Of a DNA stretch of 64,000 nt, positions 37,023 through 47,500 are shown piece after piece. The position numbers were made by a program, and so were the translations under genes. The DNA lies in NCBI GenBank assembly GCA_965153285.1, contig OZ229122.1; one strand, written 5' to 3'. The notes under the pieces are model-generated. The model was not told the origin of the DNA. It made no database searches and saw nothing but the letters and a program-made list of their open reading frames with translations. The stretch comes from Podarcis tiliguerta (lineage: Eukaryota). Within the stretch, counting starts at the first letter, position 1; every line of letters starts with the position of its first letter.

Positions 37023-38563
37023 ATCGAGAGAATAACATTCAGAGGCCTACGTAAAATTTTGGCTGAATGTCAACTGTGTGTTGGAATATTACGAATGCAA
37101 GATAAAAACTGGGGAAGATGGCATGGCCTAAATTATTCCCTGGTTGTGGGCACAGCAAACAAGCATTTTTGAGGGCCATTTTGAGGAGCCCTCAGTTAGT
37201 ATAGCCCTATGCTCTCTTGCTTCAGGGATTTAAAATCTGTATTGAAGGGGGGGAAACCTGCCCAATTGAATTCTAACAAGGCTAGTCAACTAAATTCCCG
37301 CCCCCCCTCCTCTGTCCTGTAAATTAATACCTTGAGCTTCTTCCTCTCTCAACCACTCAGAGCTTTAAGGCAATTGGACACTTTGTCCACCATTTCTCCT
37401 CCTCCAGCATAGCAACTGGTCACAACCCAGACTTCACGTTTAAACTAATAAACACAGGCCCCAGACATTTCGCAAAGGCATATGTATCTCCCAATTTTAA
37501 TTCTTTGCCGCCATCTTGTGATCACGTTCTGCAGTAGCAACCCTCCACTCTCCCCCCACTTGAATTTCCTATTTATTTCCCCAAGCATAATTCTTAGTGA
37601 TGTAAACCAGGCCTGTGAAGGGAGGGCATTTATTGTGTGGGTGTCAGATTGTGGTCACTGGCTCCAGGCTTCCAGAACAAGATAAATATTCTTTCATGTA
37701 GCTTCTGAAGTATAATCTCTTCATTACCGTCTGTTTGTTTGTCTGTTTATTCACAGCATTTGTATCCTGACTTCTTGTAAAAAATGCCGAAGGCGGGATT
37801 TTCCGTTACAGTGACAGGCAGAAATTAAAACAATTTATCCCGAAAGGTCCAAGTCAAACTAAAACTGAGGCTCTGGAAGAATTATAAAACATTTCAGAGC
37901 AGTGGCAGCAAATCCCATTTAAAAAAAAACCTTCTGAAAGAAAGAGGTTTTAACTGCCTTTTGGAATGCAAGCAACAGGTAAATTTCTCTAGTGCCTCTG
38001 AGGAAAAAGGCCTTGCCTCTTGTGCCTCAGATTGCAGGAAGGCCTCAGGCCCCATCTTTGCAATATATTTAAAGCAGAAACATGCCGCTTTAAACAGGCA
38101 TGACATTCCCCAAAGAATCCTGGAAACTGTAGTTTGCTAAGGGTGCTGAGAGTTTTTAGGACTGTTATCCTCGAGTGACAATTCCTAAAGTTTCCTGGCA
38201 AGAGGGATTGATTATTCAGCTACTCTGGGAATTGTGTAGGTGGGTTCAGGCATGACCGAAGACCATAACAGTAGCTGCTACTAGGACCTGGCAGGTTATC
38301 ACACATGTTTCTTTAATTGTATTTTAAGGCTAGTTCCTCATTAAAGTTGAGGAGTCACCTGTTAAGCTGTGTTAACTCATGAGTAGGTAATTTCACTGCC
38401 ATAGAAGGCCTCAGTTTGGGGGTTTTGAAGTGAGTACCGTTTATGCCTTCACTTACGTTGAGGAAAGAAAATGTGCCACAGCTTTAGATTTCATCTTTGA
38501 AGGTAAGCATGTGAGGTGGTGGTTTTTTTGTTTGTTTGTTTTTTGCCGTAATGTAATTTCATA

Positions 38564-38857
38564 CAGTCATGGGGGAAAAGAAAGTGCACCATCTTAGAAT
38601 TCTGTGGTTTTACATATGAAGACATGATAACAACCCTCTGTTCTGTAGCAGGTCTTAAAATTAGGTAAATACAACCTCAGGTGAAGAATGACGCATGGCA
38701 TATTACACTGTGTTGTGATTTATTTAACAGAAATAAAGCCAAAATGGAAAAGCCATGTGTGAAAAATTAACACTAATTAGTTATGCCTTTGCTATTATGT
38801 CCTGATATGTAAAACCACAGAATTCAAATAGGGTGCACTTTCTTTTTCCCATGACTG
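38564..38857. mobile_element. Internally deleted Tc1-family DNA transposon
   Basis: TA TSD; about 68-bp imperfect TIRs starting cagtcatggg..aaaagaaagtgcacc...gaattctgtggttttacatat at both ends; no transposase ORF. Confidence 0.9.
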
Positions 38858-41099
38858 TATATCCTAATTTTGTATATTGCATTAATTCAAAATTACTACT
38901 CTGGTGTTTGTATTCAGATGCATGCTAGCACCTAACAGAAATCAACAGGCATCTTTAACTACAGTATATTATGCGTGGTGGTCTTGCATTATATATTCTA
39001 CTTCATATAGTGGGTGAAGCTGTTTTCAAAGTTTATAGTATATTGGTGCGCTCCTGAATGAAGAGAAAATCTGCAAGAAAACTGAGACACCAAGGGGTCT
39101 CCAATTGCTATTCATATGCATTTTCAGTTGATTGAAAATAAGTATGAAATGCATTTTAGTCCTGGAAAACTTGTCCTATAATTATCGGAGGATTGATTTG
39201 TTGTTTACTTGTATTGTATTGTTTGAATGATTTCAGTTTCTCGTCATTGGTGAATCTTATCGGTTAGCCTATCATATTTGCCTGTTTTTGTTTCTACTGT
39301 TTGCTGATATATTTTTTAATTTGTTCCTGTGACTATATCTCTTTGTTGTTCATTGACATTTGGCTGCCCTACACTGGGCCCAGATTACTAATTTTTTATT
39401 TTAATTTCAAAAGCTGCTTATCCTCACAAGGTCTGCTATGAGAAAGATACACATTTATTTCCCTTAAAAAAAATAATAAAAAAAATCTGGTCCTCTTACA
39501 GTTACAATTCCCAGCAACCCTTAGCAAACTACGGTGCCCAGAATTATTTGAGGGGTGTGTGTGCTGTACTCAAATGTGCTTTAAAGATATAGAGCGTCAC
39601 AGTCTTGCAATATCTCTTTAAGGAGGCTAGAGTGGTTATTTCCTCTGTGTTATAGATGTCAGGTCTGGGAGGTAGCAGCAGCCTAGTTGGGATGAGATTT
39701 GAACTCGAGACTTCCAGCTCCTAGTCTTAATGTTTGAATTAAGGGAGGTGGAGGTTGCAGGAGGCTTCGTGATTTGGCTAAGATTGGAGAGATTGAGGCT
39801 TGTGAATTCCATTTCTAGTAAGCCTCTCCGTAACCATTTATTTTCCTTAACATTATGTGAGCACTGTTCTTTTTGAAAAAGCATTTTTAACACAAAATAT
39901 TTTATTAAAGATAATATATAATAATTATGATAATCACATCATATATACAAGTAGTAATGAATAAAGAAATAAAACACTATAAGACCAAATATTATCGAGC
40001 AAGAATTCAAGCCCTCTACTTTTCTAGGAACAATTTCTGCCAATTAAAGCAACAATAGTGGCATGATTGTTAGGTGTAAGAAGAAGTGAAGACCATGCTT
40101 CCCCAATGCATTAGCCAATGAAGGGGAGGGGGCAGGATTTTCTAGGCTCCCCTTGCTTTTTTGTTTCATTTGACTTTTCTTGCATAAACTGAGCCCTAGA
40201 AAGCAAGGGTTACTGAATACGGCCAGAAGCAGCACCTATGCAGGCTGTTAGCAGAAGCAATATTGTTGTAATTCCTGGATCCAGCAAGACTTAAGATCTA
40301 ATGGAGGATTCAGTTGTTGGAATAGCCAGGCCAGCCTCTTGGTAAGCTAATGGCCCTCTAAGTATTGGTTGTTAGGGTAGCAAAGGAACACATGGGCATC
40401 TCTTGCCAGCGGATTCATTTCTGCTGCCATTCAGGCAAAATGGAGTGGTGGGGAGTGGGAGGGAGCGGAAGAGAAACATTCAACTGGTCTTCTGCTTGCT
40501 GGAGACCAGGTACACACTGGCAATGGTAGCTGGTGCATCTGGGTGAATGGGGCACTGCTCCACCATCATCAGCCAGCACCCACCTGCCTGCCTTCTTACT
40601 AATATCCTGTGCAGGGGGTGGCATTGGTTGTGCCAGCTTCCTCTCGTTTATCTTGTAAAACTCAGCAGGGAAGAGGATAGAGGCAAAGCTAGAATTAGTT
40701 GGCTCTACCTGTCATTTGCTCTGGTGCCACCTGCTGCTGGGCTCCCTCCCTTCCACCCTATCAGCCCTAACAGGTGCCAGCCACTACTGGAACACACAGA
40801 CTTACCTGCTGTGGTGGTAAATCTTGTTCCTCCTGTGCTCACAATAGAATAAAAATAAAAATTGTGGGAATACCAATGGTCATACTTTGGCTTCTTGCTC
40901 TGAATCTTCTTCCACATCTGGCGCAACCCTGAATATGTTTTGTTTCGGTATGCATGCATGTAAGCATTATAGCCCATGAAAGGCCTACTACCTGCTCCAC
41001 AGATAATCTATTTTTTCACCTCCCCACCCCATGGTGTGTCCTGCTGGTGCTTTTTCAAAATTTAAAGTTGGTATCCTGTGCACACTTGGGACTAAGCCA

Positions 41100-41183
41100 A
41101 GAACCGATTTCGTTCTGTGAACCGCCCTGAGACATCTGGCTATAGGTCGGTATATAAATTCAATAAATAAATAAATAAATAAA
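41100..41183 (+). mobile_element. 5'-truncated LINE 3' end with (TAAA)n tail
   Basis: tgtgaaccgccctgagac...ggtatataaattc(aata)n, flanked by a taagcca direct repeat (possible TSD). Confidence 0.6.
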
Positions 41184-43089
41184 TAAGCCACATTATCTAA
41201 GTGAAATTTATTTTCAGGTTGACATGCATAAAAGTGGATTACAAGACATGTAAAATCTGCTCATGTGACCCCTTTATATGCTGCTATGAAATTTGTATGT
41301 GCGTGCTAAAGTGCATGATATAAAATCAGAGGAAAGAAAAGTGCTGGATAAAATACTTCTGCAAGGAATTGTAAAAATTGATAAATGTTTTGCGAAACTG
41401 AGAGGGTGGAGGGAAAGTTGAAAATAGGTATCAGTATCTGCAGCAGATAAGTAATAATGAGTTAAACTGCCACTGACTGTGGAGGTTGGAAGTAGTTCTT
41501 TTGTCCACATAACTAGACACTCATTTAAAATATATTCACTCACCCACATGTGCTTATTCTGCATTTTCATAGAGGAGCAAGGCTGCAATCCTAACCCCAC
41601 TTATCTAGAAACAGGTCCCATTGACCTCAATGAAACTTACTTCCAAGTAGCATGGTTAGGATTGCAGCCATGGTGTAGTGAATCAAGTGTTAGGCTTTGA
41701 GCGGAAAAGTCCTAGATTCAAATCCCTGTTCAGCCACAAAGCTCACAGGACTGACCTAGGGCTAGTCACCTTCTGTCATCCTAAAACCTACCTCATGTGA
41801 TTGTTGTGGTTGTAGAAGAACCCCACATATACTGACTTGAGGTCCTTGGATTAAGTCTGGGGTACAAATATGACAGAAAAGTAAACGTTTGCACATTCCT
41901 CTCTTTTTTGCAATATTTCATGAGCACGATCCAGTTAAAGCTAAGCATTTCGACATCTCATTCAGTCCTGCAGGCAAGGCTTAATTATGTGCCTAAGCCT
42001 CCCATTGAAATGAATGGGAATAACAGCACAATCCTATGCATGTTTTCTCAGACGTTAACCCTCACTGTATTCAGTGGGACTTGCTCCCTAGTTCATCTGC
42101 TTACAGAGAAATCCTAACAATTTCTGCTCAGAAGTACCAATTAATTCAATGGGACTTACTTGAAGGTACGTGCACCAAAGACTGCAGCCCTAAAGTGCTT
42201 AACTTTGGCTAAAACAGTGTGTGTATACATATTACAGTGAAGGTTGCCAAATATTGGCATTCATATACGGATGCTCTCAGTCTCTAATTAATGTGGTAAA
42301 TTTCTTTCTCCCCCCTCCCCCGCACATGCATGCACGAACACACACAAGTGTATACTGATAAACACATTTAAGACGCTGTTGCCATTTACTTGTCTATCTC
42401 TGAGTTTTAAGACACTGACAAAAATGTGGCTAAGCTTTCATTAAATTCTGGACACTTCCTCCTTTTCCCTGTAACATAGAATTAGCTTTATAAGAAATTA
42501 GAATCAATGTGGCTGGCATTGTAACATACCCTGATGATAAACTCTTCTTTCCTGCAGTTTGTCAGCCTGGGATCAGATGAGGAAGGAGGGAAGTGTGGTG
42601 GTTCATGGAGCCGATGGTACCCTGTCAAGACAGATGGCAAACATTAAAGGGCAAAAAAAGAGGCAAACTTATTTGCTGCTGCCAGTGCGTTCTCCGGCGA
42701 ATCCTTCTTGGCAGGCATCATTGGAGCTCAGCCTTGGCTGTTTTTCCTTCATTGCACCAGCAACTACTGGGGGTACAGCTGTCAAATCTTTCCCAGATGC
42801 TCTGCTGTGACACGAAGGCCTGGTCATGTTCAGCCCTTTGTCCTGCGAGTTTTGTCTGTCGTCCTCTTGGCTTCATCTCTGAGGAGCTCCCAGACTAAAA
42901 GACATGGGTAGGGGATGCAGCCTGAGAAGGGAAGAGAGGAGATGGATGCTGGAATCCAGCAGCCCGGAAAATCATCAGCAGGGAGTGGGGGCGGTGGTAG
43001 TATTAGTCCTCCCGCTCCTTCAAGAACCTTGCTCTGTTCTGCAGTGTGTTGGCTCCAGAGGCAGGCAGCAGCATCTTTCCACATAAAAC

Positions 43090-43168
43090 ATTAGCTGATA
43101 GGTTGCAAGCAGCTCGGACTTATTTAGCGGATGGGTTGCAAGCAGCTTGGACTGCTCCCCTTTAAATG

Positions 43169-43213
<45 letters not shown>

Positions 43214-43400
43214 CACACACTGGTAATCTCATCACTAGCTCTGTGTGTGTGTGAGAGAGAGAGAGAGAGAAAGGGAAGGGGGAGGGCTTTGTTTCCATTG
43301 GCTGCTCCTTGCCTTCCCACCCACATCTCTTCCACATCACCTTGGTGTCTCCCTAAATAAAACCAGTCCTCCTTATCGCAGCGAGGAAATCAAGCGGTAG
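43090..43400 (+). promoter_or_regulatory. Putative ASIC2a proximal promoter
   Basis: Immediately upstream of the first exon: (CA)n/(TG)n/(GA)n tracts 43170-43270, an inverted CCAAT (ATTGG near 43296) and a TATA-like ctaaataaaa near 43353-43362. The TSS cannot be determined from sequence. Confidence 0.4.
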
Positions 43401-43647
43401 AGTTGCAATGGATTTTAAATAAACATTTTACCCCCCCCCCTCCCCACACACACTGTCCCTGCCAGGCTGCTGGGGAGAGCACGCAGCAAGCACCTTCCCC
43501 ACTGCCACCCAAACACTCACATGCAGCTGCCCTGCTTGCTGGCTGCTTCTGTTGCCTCTTTCACCCCATGAGGGAAAGCTGGAGCGCACGAGAAACTGGC
43601 TGCAGTCAGAGGAGGGAAGTGGCACCTTCATGACCAATCCTTTCTCC

Positions 43648-44211
43648 ATGGATTTAAAGGAGAGCACCAGCGAGGGAAGCCTGGGGAGCCTCCAGCCCTC
43701 CAGCCTCCAGATCTTTGCCAACACCTCAACCCTCCATGGAATCCGCCACATCTTTGTCTATGGACCTATGACTGTGCGGCGGGCCCTGTGGGCTCTGGTG
43801 TTTGTGGCTTCCCTGGGCCTCCTTCTGGTGGAGAGCTCCGAGCGGCTGGTCTACTACTTCTCCTACCAGCATGTCACCAGAGTGGATGAGGTCGTTGCCC
43901 ACAGCCTGGTCTTCCCAGCTGTCACCATCTGCAACCTCAACGGGTTCCGCTTCTCTCGCCTCACTACCAATGACCTGTATCATGCTGGTGACCTATTGGC
44001 CTTGTTGGACGTCAACCTCCAGGTCCTTCACCCTCATCTTGCTGACCCAGCAGTCTTGGCCATCCTGCGAGAGAAGGCCAACTTCCAACATCACCGAGCC
44101 AAAGTCTTCAGCATGAGTGAGTTCATGGGGCGTGTGGGCCATGACATGAAGGAGATGTTGTTATACTGCAAGTTCCGGGGGCAGGAGTGCGGCGAGAAGA
44201 ACTTCACAACT
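43648..44211 (+). CDS. ASIC2: Acid-sensing ion channel 2, ASIC2a-type first coding exon (MDLKES...CGEKNFTT); an in-frame upstream ATG at 43630 would add MTNPFS
   Basis: Within ORF 43552..44304. N-terminus MDLKES..QIFANTSTLHGIRHIFVYG is the ASIC2a type; HG motif, TM1 and the FPAVTICNLN DEG/ENaC signature are present; donor |gtgagt at 44212, phase 0. No further ASIC2 exon was found in the window. Confidence 0.95.
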
Positions 44212-44453
44212 GTGAGTACAAACAAGAGTTTTGCCTTCCTTTTGGCATTGGTGGCATTTGGCAATGGGGACAACCCAAGAAGTGAAAATTGGGTATCTCT
44301 GTGAGAGACCCTGGCTGATATATCTTGGTGACCCAGCTGTCTTGAACTAAAGCAGGTTTGTCTGCTATTCTTGTGGCCAATGGGCTTTTCAGGTTGTGAA
44401 GAGTGTAAAGCTTAAGGATGTAAGGCCTGTTAATGTTTCTACTTTCTCTAGTG

Positions 44454-44583
44454 CAGGGGTGGGGGGCCTGTGACCCTCCAAATGTTTATGGACTGCAACT
44501 CCCATTATCCCTGACCTCTGACCATGCTGGCTGGAGTTGATGGAAATGGGAGTCCATCAAACCTTTGGAGGGCCACATCCCTG
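44454..44583. mobile_element. hAT-type MITE, same broad family as 2366-2493
   Basis: cagggg...ccctg termini with a perfect 8-bp TSD ctctagtg (44446-44453 / 44584-44591). Confidence 0.85.
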
Positions 44584-47500
44584 CTCTAGTGGCTGGTTGT
44601 TGCAGTTTCTGGAAGTACGGGACAGGAGGGGTGGGGAGAAGGATTGTATTCATGGCTTAATGGAAGATGTAGAGATCAGTGGCCAATGGATGGTGCTTGG
44701 CAGCAAACGAATGTTGAAATAGCATTGTGCATTCTTGCTGATAATGGTTCAGATCAAGGTACAAAACTGTATTGGACAGAGTCAGCCTGTTGGTCCATCT
44801 AATCTAAATGCTCTCTATGCTGGTAGCAGTCATCCAAGATTTCATGTTCCAGTAGGAATGGGAACATGTGGTCCTCCAGATGCTGTTGGATTCCAGCTCC
44901 TATAATCACTGCCCTTAGTGGTTGAGACTTATGGGAGCTGGGAGACAGCAATGGCTGGAGGGCCACAAGTTCCACATCACTGGTCTTTCTCAGCCCTCCT
45001 GCATGGGATGCTTCTACTGGAGAAACTGAGGATTGACCCAAGTATGTGTCCTACCACTGAGCTGCTCCTGGCCCTAGGGAAAACAGAGAGATCTATGGCT
45101 GATGGGTGGCAAGGGGTGCAATGAGATAAGGAAGACTGTCACTTTCTGGTGGTTCTGGCCTGTTGCAACTTTACTTCTGTGGCTGATGTGTGGTGGACAA
45201 TAGGATTGCCTGATTTCCCCACGGAACCATTTACACATGCATTTTTCTCATTTGATGACTGTGGCTTGTGTATATGTGCATGCGTGAGTCACAGCAGATA
45301 AAAGATTCATGTTCCCATGTATCTCATCCAACACAGTGCTTTTCAGTGCGGTTGGTTCACACGTTCCCATGCCAAGCCATCGGGTGCAGTGTCATCAAGG
45401 GAACAACATGCATGTGTGAACCAGTTTTTTGACCCTGCTTGTATGCTTTGAACAGCAACTGGAAACATAGACATTAATCTCAGTGAAGCTTTTCCCAGCT
45501 TCGAAAGGAGAGTGGTGTGAATTGACTTACTTTATTGTGTCTTTGTTACTAGTTGCCATTAAAGACACTGGAGCCAGGCCAGAAAGATAAGATGACAACA
45601 TCAGGGCATAGAAGTGGGTGGGAGTTTGAACGTGTGTAGCATAATATCCTCCTGTATGCTACTGTTCAGCAAACTTCTTGTCCTCTAGAGTGACTGCTTC
45701 ACCCCAACCTGCTTCTCTGTCTTCAACAGCAGCAGCAGCCCAAGGTGGGGAAATGGAGCAATGCTGGGGTGGTAGGTGCTTCACCCACTTCCTTTCTCTT
45801 TCTCAAACTGTTATGAACCCCCCAGCCCACCCCCAGGAGTAGGGCTAGGAAAAAAAAAAAAGCAAATTGGTAAGTTTATTTACCTACCAAACCTTTCTTC
45901 TCCTCTTGGTTGGGACCTGGATGAGGGCTCACATGGAAAGGAACTAGTTTCCTCTGAGGGAAGTTGCAGGTTAGAGTGTTGCACACAAGTGGGTGCTGGT
46001 GGGTTGCAACGAGGCTAGGGATTGGGGCATCAATTAATTACAATTCATGTCACTTTTTAAAATGTGTACACACCTGCATATTACAGTACTTACCCCGAAG
46101 AATCCTGGGATCTGTAATTTGTTAAGGGTGCTGGGAATTGTAGGTTGCTGAGAGGTGTGAGTTACACTTCCCAGGATTTTCTTTTTTTGGGGGGGAGGGT
46201 GAGCCATGGGCCTTTAAATGTATAGTGAACACAGCCATAAGCACTTAATGTACATTATATTGTTTAGAATCCTTGCAACAATCCTGTATGGTAGGTCAGT
46301 TTTATGATCCCCATGGGTAACAATGCAGTACCAGGCAAAAGCATTTTGCTGTTGGAGGTTGACTCCAAATGCCCATCTCCCCCGCAGGGGCAGTATTTTA
46401 CAAAGTCTTGTTGCACTGTTCAGACACAGTTCCAGCCTTCATTTTTCTCTACTCACCCACCCCACCAAGCCACCTGAAGGAAGTCTCTTCATGCTTCTGT
46501 GCGGCAGGGCCATCCCTTTGCTTGTTTCTCAAACTTGGGTCCCCAGCTTTTGTTGGACAACAACTGCCATCATCCCTAGCTAGCTGGATGATGGGAGTTG
46601 TAGTCCAACAGCAGCTAGGGACCTATGCTTGAGAAACACTGGGAGTACAATAATGTAGTATGATAATGACAGAAGGGAGGTTCACGCTGTAAACTTCTTG
46701 GTCTCTAACTCAGACTTTTAGCTTCTGCACCACACCAGCTCTCATATGTTATGATGTTTGGGGTGGTGGTGGTACGTATGGGTACACACACACACACACA
46801 CACACACAGATTATTTTCATAGAAAAAGAATGTTAAACTTTCCTGATGCCTGGGAATGATAAACCACAGATATTGGATGCGTGCTAGGAGCTCCCAGGAT
46901 TGAAAGTTTGGTCTGATTGACGGGAACTCACTGAAGGAAACCACTCTAAACCTGATGAAAGAATTTGTGAGAACCTTGATTGTCATCCAGAAAGGGGGAA
47001 GGATTCATCATTCATGATGCTCCGATAGAATTCACACATTCTATAGCATTCCTACCCCCCACCCCCAATGCTTGTTTGGAGTGGGTGGTTGCAGGAGCTT
47101 TTAAATTTGTGGAGTAGTTGTATAGGGGTGTGTGTGTATTTGGGAGAATTAGTGTACACACTATTTTCCCTTTAAGAAGCTGTTGTGGCAAATTTCCAAG
47201 AAGCTTTCTGGATCAGTGTGTGTTTCTGTGTTAGGGTTAGCTTGTAAATAGTAAGGTGCCTGCTTGCCTCTGGTGAGTACAAAACACCAGTAGGCAGGGA
47301 AGCTGGCTGGGGCTGATGGGAGTTGTAGTCCAAAGCATCTAGAGGCATCAGGTTGGGGAAGGCTGCTTTAGAGAGAGAGAGCCTGTGGTTCAGTAATTGA
47401 GCACATGTTTTGCATGCAGAAAATCCCAGGTTCAATCCTCAGTGTCGCCAATTGAAAGGATCTTATGCAGCAGGGCTGAGGTCTGAGAAAACAACTGCCA

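Noticed and set aside
31000-43000. NAGLU or another gene between ATP6V0A1 and ASIC2
   Set aside because: I found no exon-like ORF with recognisable protein similarity; very small or non-coding exons cannot be excluded.
43552-44304. 250-aa ORF as a complete single-exon protein
   Set aside because: It starts at a TTG and reads through the GTGAGT donor at 44212 into intron; only 43648 (or 43630) to 44211 is ASIC2 coding sequence.
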